DNA from: Chloroflexota bacterium
GTDB lineage: Bacteria; Chloroflexota; Anaerolineae; Anaerolineales; DRMV01
Length of the DNA stretch: 64,000 nt
Direction of reading: 5' to 3'
NCBI GenBank assembly: GCA_011322445.1
Contig: DRMV01000043.1
Location: 73,948 to 137,947, forward strand
Shown here: piece by piece, positions 38,722 to 48,570 of the stretch
Numbering within the stretch: the stretch's first letter is position 1
Layout of the letters: every line of letters starts with the position of its first letter
Program-made: the position numbers and the translations under genes
Notes under the pieces: model-generated
Seen by the model: only the letters and a program-made list of their open reading frames with translations
Database searches by the model: none
Told to the model about the DNA's origin: nothing

Positions 38722-39677
38722 GCGGCTTCCAGCCTCTGGCGGAAATCGTCAATGGTGCGTGCCAGCCCCTCTTCCAGCGAAATCTTCGGCTCCCACCCCA
38801 GCACATGGCGGGCGCGCGAAATATCGGGGCAGCGGCGCTGGGGGTCGTCGCGGTCGCGGGCTTCCTCGAGGAACACCACGCCGGCAGCATTCCCCAAAAT
38901 GCGATTGACGGTTTCGGCAAGTTCCAAAATGGTGAATTCCGCAGGGTTGCCAATGTTGACCGGCTCGTGCTCATCCGAAAGCAGCAAGCGGTAAATGCCG
39001 TCAATGAGGTCATCCACGTAACAAAAACTGCGGGTCTGGCTGCCGTCGCCATACACGGTCAGCGGCTCACCCCGCAAAGCCTGCTTGATGAAATTGGGAA
39101 TCACCCGGCCATCATCCAGGCGCATGCGCGGCCCGTAGGTGTTGAAAATGCGCACAATGTGCGTATCTACCCCGTGAAAACGGTGATACGCCATCGTCAT
39201 CGCCTCGGCATAGCGCTTAGCCTCGTCGTACACCGACCGCTCCCCAATGGGGTTGACCCGGCCCCAATAGCTTTCCGGCTGGGGATGCACTTCAGGGTCG
39301 CCATAAACCTCGCTGGTGGAAGCCATCAAAAAGCGCGCGCCGTGGGCTTTGGCCACCCCCAAGGCGTGATGGGTGCCCATGGCACCGACCTTGAGGGTCT
39401 GAATGGGCAGGTTAGGATAGCCATAAGGCGATTTGCGGTTGGGGCTGGCGGGCGAAGCAAAGTGCAACACGGCATCCACCTTGCCCGGCACGAAAATGAA
39501 CTCGGTCACATCATGCCGGATGAACGAAAAGCGTTCATGCCCCGCGAGGTGTGCCAGGTTTTGCGGGTCACCCGTGAGGAAATTATCCATTCCAATCACT
39601 TCATGGCCTTCGGCCAGCAAGCGGTCGCAAAGGTGCGAGCCCAAAAAGCCCGCAGCACCAGTCACAAGGATTCGCAT
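38718..39677 (-). CDS. UDP-glucuronate decarboxylase (UDP-xylose synthase)-type SDR
   Basis: [31 protein letters not shown] catalytic motif. Start at 39677 with a GGAG RBS. Confidence 0.85.
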   Translation of the reverse strand: MRILVTGAAGFLGSHLCDRLLAEGHEVIGMDNFLTGDPQNLAHLAGHERFSFIRHDVTEFIFVPGKVDAVLHFASPASPNRKSPYGYPNLPIQTLKVGAMGTHHALGVAKAHGARFLMASTSEVYGDPEVHPQPESYWGRVNPIGERSVYDEAKRYAEAMTMAYHRFHGVDTHIVRIFNTYGPRMRLDDGRVIPNFIKQALRGEPLTVYGDGSQTRSFCYVDDLIDGIYRLLLSDEHEPVNIGNPAEFTILELAETVNRILGNAAGVVFLEEARDRDDPQRRCPDISRARHVLGWEPKISLEEGLARTIDDFRQRLEAA

Positions 39678-39761
39678 GAGAGAAACTCCACACTGTGAGG
39701 TTGGGCGCCTGAAGTTCAAGCGCCGGTAGATTGCCATGCCACCACCACGCCGGCCAGTATC

Positions 39762-41336
39762 TCAGCGCCAGGCAATGACGGTGGTCAGTCCGTCGCCGGT
39801 AATTTGTTGGGCCTTGCCGGTCACGCTATCGACCAAGTAGATGTTGCCCTGGGAAAGCACTGCAAGGGCAAAATGGCCGTTGGCCAGCGGTGCAGGCGAC
39901 CACGTCAACGGCTGCGGCACCAGCCCTAACGCCCCTTCCGGCGGGAACAGCACCCGCCGGTTCGAGCCATCGCGGTCCATCACCACCAGGCGATAGCGGC
40001 TAATATCGCTCTTCTGGGGGAAGATGGCCTGCAAGAAGGCTACCTGATAGCCGCCCGGTTGCAGCGGCGAAGGCGTGGGGGCTGCAAACATGCCCACATC
40101 CGGCACCAGGTCAATGGCCCGCTGAAGCGGCAACACATACGCCGTAAGGTCGAAGCGCGGCGAGGTTTCCTGCCCTTCGCCCGTGCCGCCGTGGGTGACG
40201 GTGAACAGCACCTGCCCATCGGGGCTCCACCCCAGGGGCGGCACCCACGCCCAATCGGCACGGGTCTGATAGGGCACAATCGAGAGCAGTTTTTCCAGCC
40301 CAACGTCGGGGTCGAAATCATACAGCCCCACGGCGTCAGGGCGGGCAAAGGCCATCCGCACGCCCACCGGCGCCCAGGCGAAAGTCGTGCCCCACCAGCC
40401 ATAAATGCCGCCCGCGTTGGCTTCCAGCCGCAGCCGCGGCCCCGAAATCCAACCGGTAGTGCTAAAACTGAGGGTGTAGAGATCGTTGTTGGCCTGCCAG
40501 CCAGGGGCTTGCGGGCGCGGCTCGACGGTCGAATAGGCAATCGTATAAGAGGAATAAGGTGCAAAATCGGCGAAATGGGCAATGTTCTTCACGCCCAGGT
40601 CGGTCAGTTCAGACGGGTCGGTGCTCAAGTCAGCCACCCACAGGCTGTTGAGCGTATCTTTCGCCTTGCTCTTGCGAGTAAAGAGCAAAAAGCGGCGGTT
40701 CGGGGAAAGGGCAAACACCCGCCCATCCAAATCGCCGGTGGTCACCACGGGGCGGCGCTCGCCGGTGTTGCCATCCATCACCCAGGCATTGCCACCCGCC
40801 AGATAAGCCAGTTTACCAGGAATGGGCTGCGGCGAGAAGGGCGTTTGCACTCCCACCATCACAATCTCTGGCACCGGCTGCTTGACGACCACCGTCTTGA
40901 CGGCCTGGTTGGAAACCTGCTGGCCGTCTTCCAACACCTCGCGATAGGTGACTTCCCGCCGCCCGTTCTCACCGGCCTGAATCAGGCGGGTTTCCCCTTC
41001 GGGCAGCGCCTCGTTGCGCAGCACTTCCCGCTCGAAGGGGATGATTTCTTCGCGCACCGTGAACTTTTCCTGCACCCGCACCACCCGCACCTGTGCGCCG
41101 TCATCGAGCACGGTGTAAGTCGGCGGCTCGGTGCGGTCCAGGTTGCCCAGTTCCACGCCTGCTGCCTCAAGCGCCTGCTGGGCCGTGCTTCCAGCAGGCA
41201 GGCGCACTTTGTAGGTATGCCCATCGGCCACCACTGTGACGGCAATCATGCCCTGCGCCCGTCGCGGCGCGGCGCAACCGCCCCAGAACAGGGCCAGGAT
41301 GAAGAAGAGCAACCCAAAGGCAAAACGTGGCTTCAT
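39762..41336 (-). CDS. lipoprotein with DUF348/G5-like N-region and TolB-like beta-propeller
   Basis: Start at MKPRFAFGLLFFILALFWGGC (lipobox-like). G5-like segment (ETRLIQAGENGRREVTY). The C-terminal region has repeated WSPDG/propeller-like blades. Confidence 0.7.
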   Translation of the reverse strand: MKPRFAFGLLFFILALFWGGCAAPRRAQGMIAVTVVADGHTYKVRLPAGSTAQQALEAAGVELGNLDRTEPPTYTVLDDGAQVRVVRVQEKFTVREEIIPFEREVLRNEALPEGETRLIQAGENGRREVTYREVLEDGQQVSNQAVKTVVVKQPVPEIVMVGVQTPFSPQPIPGKLAYLAGGNAWVMDGNTGERRPVVTTGDLDGRVFALSPNRRFLLFTRKSKAKDTLNSLWVADLSTDPSELTDLGVKNIAHFADFAPYSSYTIAYSTVEPRPQAPGWQANNDLYTLSFSTTGWISGPRLRLEANAGGIYGWWGTTFAWAPVGVRMAFARPDAVGLYDFDPDVGLEKLLSIVPYQTRADWAWVPPLGWSPDGQVLFTVTHGGTGEGQETSPRFDLTAYVLPLQRAIDLVPDVGMFAAPTPSPLQPGGYQVAFLQAIFPQKSDISRYRLVVMDRDGSNRRVLFPPEGALGLVPQPLTWSPAPLANGHFALAVLSQGNIYLVDSVTGKAQQITGDGLTTVIAWR

Positions 41337-41344
41337 AGGCAGGG

Positions 41345-41353
41345 TGGTATAAT
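41345..41353 (+). promoter_or_regulatory. extended -10 promoter for scpB
   Basis: TGGTATAAT on the plus strand, about 80 nt upstream of the scpB ATG. Confidence 0.45.
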
Positions 41354-41426
41354 CGGGCGTTAGCAGTTGAAAAGCCGCCGCCGCTTTCAGCACCAGCCGA
41401 TGCCGCGGCCTTTCCACAACCCTCAA

Positions 41427-41435
41427 ATTATAGCA
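41427..41435 (-). promoter_or_regulatory. extended -10 promoter for the lipoprotein gene
   Basis: Minus strand TGCTATAAT. It overlaps the scpB start codon and lies about 90 nt upstream of ATG 41336. Confidence 0.45.
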
Positions 41436-41992
41436 TGAGCCCAGCCCAAACACCCCTTTCGTTAGAAGCCCGCCTTGAAGCGCTGCTGTTCGCCGCCCCC
41501 GAGCCGGTCACGGTGCGGCGGCTGGCGCAGGCTTTGGGCATTTCACTGGCCGAAACTGAGGCCGCGTTGCAACGCCTGGAAAGCGCTTTACAGACGCGCG
41601 GCATCCGGCTGCAACGCCATCGCGACCGCTGGCAACTGACCACTGCGCCCGAACTCGGCACCCTGGTGGCCGACTTCCTGGGGCTGGAAGCCACCCACCG
41701 CCTCAGCCGCGCCGCTTTAGAGACCTTAGCCATCATCGCCTACCGCCAGCCGGTCACCCGCCCCCAGGTCGATGCCATTCGGGGCGTGAGCAGCGACGGC
41801 GTGCTGCGCTCGCTGCTCAACAAAGGGCTCATTGAAGAAGTAGGCCGCAGTGAAGGCCCAGGGCGGCCCATCCTCTACGGCACCACGGCGCTCTTCCTGG
41901 AAACCTTTGGCCTTCCTTCGCTGGCGGCCTTGCCGTCATTGGAAGACGAAACCGCACCGCCAGAGCCTACCACGCCAGTGCTGAAAGATTAG
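41435..41992 (+). CDS. scpB: SMC-ScpAB complex subunit ScpB
   Basis: LEALLFAAPEPV..RRLA, two winged-helix repeats, ITRPQVDAIRGV. Confidence 0.9.
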   Translation: MSPAQTPLSLEARLEALLFAAPEPVTVRRLAQALGISLAETEAALQRLESALQTRGIRLQRHRDRWQLTTAPELGTLVADFLGLEATHRLSRAALETLAIIAYRQPVTRPQVDAIRGVSSDGVLRSLLNKGLIEEVGRSEGPGRPILYGTTALFLETFGLPSLAALPSLEDETAPPEPTTPVLKD

Positions 41993-42093
41993 CCGCGCCG
42001 AAAGTTCCCGACAAACATATCCCTGCGAGGCAACGCGCGGCCAGCGAAACAGCCCCCTGCCCAACACCCCGGCACCCCCTACCGAGGAGCCTT

Positions 42094-42858
42094 ATGCCTG
42101 AAGAACGCTTGCAGAAAATTTTAGCCCGCGCCGGCTTGGGTTCGCGGCGGGCGTGCGAAGAATTCATTCGCGCCGGCCGCGTCACCGTCAACGGCCACGT
42201 GGCCCAACTGGGCGAAAAAGCCGACCCTGCCCGCGACGACATCCGTTTAGACGGCCAGCGCGTCCAACCTGCTGAAGAAAAGGTTTACATCGCCCTTTAT
42301 AAGCCCCGTTTTGTGCTTTCCACCACCGAGAGCACCGACGGCCGCAAAACCGTGCGCGACCTGGTGAGCGTGCCGCAACGCATCTTCCCGGTGGGCAGGC
42401 TGGATCTGGAAAGCGAAGGGCTGATGCTGTTGACCAACGACGGGGAACTTGCCAACCGCCTCACCCACCCGCGTTACGGCCACGAAAAAGAATATCGGGT
42501 GCTGGTAGCGCGCCGCCCCGACGCCCAACAACTGGAAGCCCTGCGCCGCGGCGTGGTGCTGGAAGACGGCACCCGCACCCGCCCCGCGGAAGTGCGGGTA
42601 GAACGCTTCCACGGCAAGGGCGCGTGGCTGCGCATCATCCTCAAAGAAGGCAAAAAGCGGCAGATCCGTGAAATGTGCCGCATGGTGGGGTTGCCCATTG
42701 TGCGACTGGTACGCATTCGCATCGGCACACTGCGGCTCGGCGGGCTGAAGCCCGGCGAATGGCGCCCGCTCACGGCAGAAGAAGTAGAAGCCCTGCAACG
42801 CGGCGCTTTCCCCAAAAGCAAACACCGCGCCAAAAACAAACGCCCACCCCGCCGCTAA
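42094..42858 (+). CDS. rluB: 23S rRNA pseudouridine synthase (RluB/RsuA family)
   Basis: S4 domain (RLQKILARAGLGSRR), catalytic GRLD.ESEGL.LLTNDG and a basic C-terminal tail. Confidence 0.85.
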   Translation: MPEERLQKILARAGLGSRRACEEFIRAGRVTVNGHVAQLGEKADPARDDIRLDGQRVQPAEEKVYIALYKPRFVLSTTESTDGRKTVRDLVSVPQRIFPVGRLDLESEGLMLLTNDGELANRLTHPRYGHEKEYRVLVARRPDAQQLEALRRGVVLEDGTRTRPAEVRVERFHGKGAWLRIILKEGKKRQIREMCRMVGLPIVRLVRIRIGTLRLGGLKPGEWRPLTAEEVEALQRGAFPKSKHRAKNKRPPRR

Positions 42859-43044
42859 AGCCCCGCCTTCACCAGCGCAGGAGTGCGCCAGCCCATTTTC
42901 CGAAACGGCCTTCACCTCCCCTCTCGCCTGCCGGTCGTGATTTTCCCACGGGCCTTTGGCAAAGCAAGAGGGAAAGGGAAGGCGCTTCGATGCAAAACCC
43001 AACGCCCCAAGCATCGTCTCACACCGTTTCCCGCGAGGCCGCCT

Positions 43045-46000
43045 ATGCCTGAGAAAACCTCCTCCACCGCCGAAAACACCTCCTGGCTTGACCGCCCCCT
43101 GCAGGCTCTTTTTTCCATCCGGGTGGAAGTACTGATCTTCGCTCTCATCGTGTTGTTGGCCGCGTTCACCCGCTTTTACCACCTCGGCGACCGGGTGATG
43201 AGCCACGACGAAAGCCTGCACACCTATTTCTCATGGCAACTTTATAAAGGCAACGGCTACCAGCACAACCCCATGATGCACGGGCCGCTGCAATTCCACC
43301 TGATTGCGCTGTCTTTCTTCCTCTTTGGCGATAGCGACTTCACCGCCCGCCTGCCCCATGCCCTGGCCGCCGTGCTGGCCATCGCGATGGTATGGATGTG
43401 GCGGCGCTACCTGGGGCGCAAGGGGGCCTTGATTGCCGCCGGGCTGATGCTGATTTCCCCTTACATGCTCTACTACGGGCGCTACGCTCGCAACGAGGCA
43501 CTTATCATGCCTCTCGCGCTGCTGACGCTGTGGGCCACCCTGCGCTACCTGGAAACCGGTGCCACGCGCTACCTCACCTGGCTAACCGTAGCCACCGCGC
43601 TGCACTTCGTCACCAAAGAAACCGCCTTCATTTATACTGCCCAGTTGCTCCTTTTCCTGGGGCTGTTGCTGTTAGACCGGCTGAGCACCGCCCGCTGGCA
43701 ACGCCCTGCCCAGCGCACCAACTTCTACATTGCCCTGCTGGTGGCCGCCGGCGCGCTGGCCTTTGCCATCATCGCCGGAGCAGCACTCCAGAGCGGCATC
43801 CAACCTGCTCCCAACGCGCCTTCCCCCGGCCTCGGGCACGCCATTTTCGGCAACCCTCTTGGCAAACTCTTCCTGCTCATCGCGGCGGCAGCGCTGGCCG
43901 CCTCGGTTGCCTTCCTGTTGCGCGGCTACGGCTGGAAAGCCCTCTTGCAAGAGCGCGCTTTCGTGCTCATGCTTCTTCTGCTCACCCTGGTGCTGCCCCA
44001 ACTGGCCCCCCTGCCTATGGCCGCTTTCCACTGGGACGCGCTGGACTATTCCCCCACCGGCATTTTCCACTCCGCGCTCTTCGTCATCCCCTTGCTCATC
44101 ATCGCCATCTTGCTGGGTACCGCCTGGGATGCAAAAACCTGGCTGCTGGAAGCCGGCATCTTCTACGCCATCTTCGCCGTCTTCCAGACCACCGTGTTCA
44201 CCAACGGGAGCGGCTTTTTCAGCGGGCTGGTCGGCGCGCTGGGCTACTGGCTGCAACAGCAGGGGGTGCACCGCGGTAACCAGCCGTGGTACTACTACCT
44301 GCTGATTCAAGTGCCAATTTACGAATACCTGCCGGCCTTGGGAAGCATTGGGGCGGTGATGTGGTGGTTCTACCGGAAAATTCGAGGCGCAGAAACCTCT
44401 GCGCCTACGGCTTCCCCGGATTCCCCGGAAACCACCTCGCGCGCGCCCGTCTTCGCCCTGTTGGCCTTCTGGAGCGCTACGTCCCTGCTGGCCTACACCG
44501 TTGCCGGTGAAAAGATGCCCTGGCTCACCGTCCACATCACCTTGCCGATGATTCTGCTCACCGGCTGGTTCCTGGGGCGCCTGGCCGACCGGATGGACTG
44601 GCACGACTTCACCGCCCGCCACGGCTGGGTGCTCATCGGGCTGGCGGCGATGTTCATTCTGGCAACCGCTCAAGCCACCGGCGCGTGGCTGGGGGTGCAG
44701 CGCCCCTTCCAGGGGTCTTCCCTGCTCCAACTGGAAGCCACGGCCAATTTCCTGGTTGGCCTAGTGGTGGCAATCGCCAGCGCGCTTGCCATTGCCTTCC
44801 TGAGCGCCCGCTGGCGCACCGCCGACCTGGTACGCCTTTTCACACTTACCTTCTTTGCCTTCCTCGGCGTGCTCACCTTGCACACCGCCGTGCAAGCCAC
44901 TTATTACAACTACGATCAGGCCAACGAATACCTGGTTTACGCCCACTCAGCCCAGGGCGTGAAAACCGTGATGGCCCAGGTGCGGGAAATTTCCGAGCGC
45001 ACCACCGACGGTCTGGGCATCGAAGTCGCCTACGACGACGCCATCGCCTGGCCGTTCACCTGGTACTTGCGCAACTATCCCAACCAGAAATTCTACGGCA
45101 GCCAGCCCACCCGCGACTTGCGGAACGCCCCCATCGTGCTGGTAGGTGCAGCCAACTACGGCAAGGTGGAACCCATCGTCGGGCAAGCCTTCGACGAATT
45201 TGATTACATCCGCATGGTATGGCCAAACCAGGATTACTTCAACCTCACCTGGAAACGCATTGCCCACGCCCTGAGCGACCCCGCCATGCGGGAAGCCCTC
45301 TTCCAGATCTGGCTCAACCGCGATTTCACCCTCTACTTCCGCCTGCAACGCGGCGTGGCCGATAACCCCACCGAGGCCGCCAAAGTCAACATGGCCAATA
45401 TCCTCGCCGACTGGCAACCCTCTGACCGGATGCGGATGTACATTCGCAAGGACATTGTGGCGAAAATCTGGAATTACGGTGCCGCGCCGGTAACGCAGGC
45501 CGAAACCGACCCTTACGCCAAAAAGCAAGTCGTACTGGCAGCCGATAAAGTGCTCGGCAGCGCGGGCACCGCCCCCGGCCAGTTCCAGGGGCCGCGCGGC
45601 ATTGCCGTCGCCCCCGATGGCTCGCTCTACATTGCCGACACCCGCAACCACCGCATCCAGCATCTTTCCCCCGACGGGAAGGTGCTGGCCGTGTGGGGAC
45701 ACTTCGGCGACCTCGCCCAAGGCGAAGAAGCCGCCCCTCCCGGCACCTTCAACGCGCCCTGGGATGTGGCCGTGGGGCCTGATGGCAGCGTATACGTCGC
45801 AGACACCTGGAACCACCGCATCCAGAAATTCACCGCCGACGGCAAGTTCCTCACCATGTGGGGCCGCCCCGGCAACGACGGCAACCTGCTTTCCCTCTGG
45901 GGACCGCGCGCCATTGCCGTGGATTCCCAGGGGCAGGTGTTCGTGACCGACACCGGCAACAAGCGCATCGTCGTCTATGACGCCAACGGCAAGCCTCTGG

Positions 46001-46446
46001 CCCAGTTTGGCACGGAAGGCGCGGAGGTCGGCCAATTTAGCGAGCCCGTCGGGCTGGCTTTCAACAGCGCCGACAACCTCTACGTGGCCGATACCTGGAA
46101 CCAGCGGGTGCAGGTCTTCCGCGTGGGGAAGGATCTCACCTTCACCCCCTTGCGTCAGTGGGATATTTTCGGCTGGTTCGGCCAGTCGCTCAACAACAAA
46201 CCCTACCTGGCAGTCGACGCCTCCGGCCACGTTTTCGTGGGCGACCCCGAAGCCTACCGCGTGCTGGAATTCGACGCTGACGGCAAACTGGTGCGCTGGT
46301 GGGGGCAGTGGGGCACACCGCCGGAAGGCATGGGGTTGGTCGGCGGGGTAGCAGTGGACGGCCACGGCGGGGTGTGGGTTGCCGACGCCGACCACGGCCA
46401 GATTTTGCACTTCACCCCCGCCGCGGGGGCGCCCGCCTCGCCGTGA
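43045..46446 (+). CDS. GT-C-fold membrane glycosyltransferase-like protein (TIGR03663/ArnT-PMT-like) fused to a 6-bladed NHL-repeat domain
   Basis: N-terminal multi-TM region with a DE motif (VMSHDESLH). The C-terminal ~330 aa carry six NHL-like repeats (P.G.AV..DG..Y.AD..NHRI..F). Confidence 0.75.
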   Translation: MPEKTSSTAENTSWLDRPLQALFSIRVEVLIFALIVLLAAFTRFYHLGDRVMSHDESLHTYFSWQLYKGNGYQHNPMMHGPLQFHLIALSFFLFGDSDFTARLPHALAAVLAIAMVWMWRRYLGRKGALIAAGLMLISPYMLYYGRYARNEALIMPLALLTLWATLRYLETGATRYLTWLTVATALHFVTKETAFIYTAQLLLFLGLLLLDRLSTARWQRPAQRTNFYIALLVAAGALAFAIIAGAALQSGIQPAPNAPSPGLGHAIFGNPLGKLFLLIAAAALAASVAFLLRGYGWKALLQERAFVLMLLLLTLVLPQLAPLPMAAFHWDALDYSPTGIFHSALFVIPLLIIAILLGTAWDAKTWLLEAGIFYAIFAVFQTTVFTNGSGFFSGLVGALGYWLQQQGVHRGNQPWYYYLLIQVPIYEYLPALGSIGAVMWWFYRKIRGAETSAPTASPDSPETTSRAPVFALLAFWSATSLLAYTVAGEKMPWLTVHITLPMILLTGWFLGRLADRMDWHDFTARHGWVLIGLAAMFILATAQATGAWLGVQRPFQGSSLLQLEATANFLVGLVVAIASALAIAFLSARWRTADLVRLFTLTFFAFLGVLTLHTAVQATYYNYDQANEYLVYAHSAQGVKTVMAQVREISERTTDGLGIEVAYDDAIAWPFTWYLRNYPNQKFYGSQPTRDLRNAPIVLVGAANYGKVEPIVGQAFDEFDYIRMVWPNQDYFNLTWKRIAHALSDPAMREALFQIWLNRDFTLYFRLQRGVADNPTEAAKVNMANILADWQPSDRMRMYIRKDIVAKIWNYGAAPVTQAETDPYAKKQVVLAADKVLGSAGTAPGQFQGPRGIAVAPDGSLYIADTRNHRIQHLSPDGKVLAVWGHFGDLAQGEEAAPPGTFNAPWDVAVGPDGSVYVADTWNHRIQKFTADGKFLTMWGRPGNDGNLLSLWGPRAIAVDSQGQVFVTDTGNKRIVVYDANGKPLAQFGTEGAEVGQFSEPVGLAFNSADNLYVADTWNQRVQVFRVGKDLTFTPLRQWDIFGWFGQSLNNKPYLAVDASGHVFVGDPEAYRVLEFDADGKLVRWWGQWGTPPEGMGLVGGVAVDGHGGVWVADADHGQILHFTPAAGAPASP

Positions 46447-47750
46447 AAGCCGATGACACCTTCCCTTGCACGCGCCGGGGCCTGGGCCTGCTGCTGGCCC
46501 TGACCCTCGCCTGGGCCGCCTGGGCGGTGGCAACAGCCCCGGCTGTGCCTTTTCACCCCGACGAAAGCACCTACCTCTACATGAGCGCCGACGGCGCGGC
46601 GCTGCTGCACACGCCCCTCAGCCTGGCTTATCATGCGGCTGCAGATGACCTGCGGCAGCATTACCGCCTGGTGAACGCTCCGTTGACACGCTACCTGGTG
46701 GCCGCGGGGCTGGCTCTGGGCAGGCAGCCCGCGTTGCGCGCCGATTGGGATTGGTCGGCCGACTGGCAAACCAACGTGACCCGCGGCGCGCTGCCCACCC
46801 GCGATCAACTGGCCGCGGCCCGCGGCGTGATGACGCTTTGCACCGCCCTCGCGGGCCTGCTGCTGGCGCTAACCGCCTGCCGTTTCGGGGGAATCTTTGC
46901 AGGAGCACTCACGCTGTTGCTCTTTCTGTTCAACCCGTTGGTGCTGCTGCATGGCCGCCGGGCCATGATGGAAGCCCCCATGCTGCTGGGCCTGGCGTGG
47001 CTGCTGTGGGAAATCACAGCACCGCGGCCACAAGCGTGGCGCGTCGGGCTGGCGCTGGCCTGGGGCATTTGGGCAAAATATTGGGTCGTGGCACTGGCGC
47101 CTGTGGCGCTATGGGCTGTGTGGCGCGCTGCAGCCCCCAACCGCCGCGCTCGCCTGCGCCGCACGGCGTGGGTGGCCGTGCTTCCTCTACTCATCGGCTT
47201 TCTGCTTCAACCTGTGCTCTGGAAACAGCCCTGGCGGGTGCTACCCCACATGGCCGCCGAGCGGCTGGAAGTCACCCAAACGCAGCGCGCTGCCTTCAAA
47301 GCCGTGCTGCCTGCCTACGCGCCCGATACGCCGGTGCAGCGGCTGGAGGTGATCCTCGGCCAGCTCTACCTCGCCCCCCCGGCTTACCTGGATTTGGGGA
47401 AATATCACGCTCCCCTCGCCAGCACCATCGCAGCCTACGACGCGCACCCCTGGGCACACTGGACGCATTCACTTCCCGTCGCGACGCTACGGCTGCTGTT
47501 CATGCTGCTTGGGCTGGCGGCCATGCTTGCCTGGGCCCGAAAAGCCGACCCGCGCGGCCACGCCGCCCGGCTGTGCCTGCTGGCCGCGGTCTTCCAGTGG
47601 GGGGTGTTGCTGCTCACCCTGCCGCTGGCTTTCCAGCGTTATGCCCTGGTCGTGCTGCCATGGGTGATTTTGTGGGAAACGGTGGGGGTTGTGGAAGCAG
47701 GGCGGCAATTGGCGGCCCGCACGCCGGTGATCAGCCGTCGCATGGCTTGA
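46443..47750 (+). CDS. GT-C-fold (GT39/ArnT-like) membrane glycosyltransferase
   Basis: GTG 46443 overlaps the upstream stop (GTGA). FHPDESTY motif followed by multiple TM helices. Confidence 0.6.
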   Translation: MKADDTFPCTRRGLGLLLALTLAWAAWAVATAPAVPFHPDESTYLYMSADGAALLHTPLSLAYHAAADDLRQHYRLVNAPLTRYLVAAGLALGRQPALRADWDWSADWQTNVTRGALPTRDQLAAARGVMTLCTALAGLLLALTACRFGGIFAGALTLLLFLFNPLVLLHGRRAMMEAPMLLGLAWLLWEITAPRPQAWRVGLALAWGIWAKYWVVALAPVALWAVWRAAAPNRRARLRRTAWVAVLPLLIGFLLQPVLWKQPWRVLPHMAAERLEVTQTQRAAFKAVLPAYAPDTPVQRLEVILGQLYLAPPAYLDLGKYHAPLASTIAAYDAHPWAHWTHSLPVATLRLLFMLLGLAAMLAWARKADPRGHAARLCLLAAVFQWGVLLLTLPLAFQRYALVVLPWVILWETVGVVEAGRQLAARTPVISRRMA

Positions 47751-48567
47751 GCGGCTGGCAGTGGGGGCAAAAGTGGGTGCTCCGCTGGCCGACGACGATA
47801 CGCTCAATGGGAGTGCCGCACGTGGGGCATGGCTCGCCGGTGCGGTGGTAAACTCGAAAAGCGTTTTGGAATTCCCCACCGCGATACATCCAATCGATGC
47901 TCGCGCCGTTGGCCGCCAGCCCGGCGCGCAGCACTTCGCGGATGGCTTCCAACAGGCGAGTGGCTTCCTCAACATCGAGGCAATGGGCGCGCGTCTGCGG
48001 ATGAATGCCCGCGCGATGTAACGCCTCATCGGTGTAGATGTTGCCCAACCCGGCAAGGAAGGTTTGCGTCATCAGCAGCGGCTTGATCTGGCGGCGGTGG
48101 CGCTGCAAGCGGGCATGGAAATCGCCAGGCGTCAGGCGCTCATCCAGCGGCTCTGGCCCCAGGTTGCCGGTCACGGCTTCCAGCGCGGGCACCAGCCAGG
48201 TGCGCCCAAACTTGCGGGGGTTGTCGAAGGCCAAACGGCGTTCATCGGTGAAACGCAATACCCAACGGGTGTGCTTCGGCAAGGGGCTTCCCGACGGCAC
48301 AATCACCAGGTCACCGCTCATGCGCAGGTGCACCACCAGGAAGCCCCGCGGGGCAAAATCCAGCCACAGATATTTGCCACGCCGCCCCACGCGTTGCAGC
48401 GTGGTACCGCGAAGGCGCTCTCGAAAGGCCTCAAGAGACGGCACCACCACGGTACGGGGCCAGAACACCCCCACCTCGGCCACCATAGCCCCCACGATAC
48501 CGGCTTCCCCCCGCCCGCCTTCCCGCAGAAAGCGGGCAATGGTCTCGACTTCTGGCAATTCGGGCAT
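47731..48567 (-). CDS. mutM: formamidopyrimidine-DNA glycosylase
   Basis: MPELPEVE N-terminus, H2TH region and a C-terminal zinc finger CPTCGTPI...CPHCQ. Confidence 0.9.
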   Translation of the reverse strand: MPELPEVETIARFLREGGRGEAGIVGAMVAEVGVFWPRTVVVPSLEAFRERLRGTTLQRVGRRGKYLWLDFAPRGFLVVHLRMSGDLVIVPSGSPLPKHTRWVLRFTDERRLAFDNPRKFGRTWLVPALEAVTGNLGPEPLDERLTPGDFHARLQRHRRQIKPLLMTQTFLAGLGNIYTDEALHRAGIHPQTRAHCLDVEEATRLLEAIREVLRAGLAANGASIDWMYRGGEFQNAFRVYHRTGEPCPTCGTPIERIVVGQRSTHFCPHCQPLKPCDG

Positions 48568-48570
48568 GGG

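Noticed and set aside
44947-46533. 528-aa minus-strand ORF (also 42247-43221 and 43672-44730 on the minus strand)
   Set aside because: They lie antisense to the GT-C/NHL gene, whose TM-plus-NHL architecture is coherent. The composition is G/A/V/H-rich shadow-frame type.
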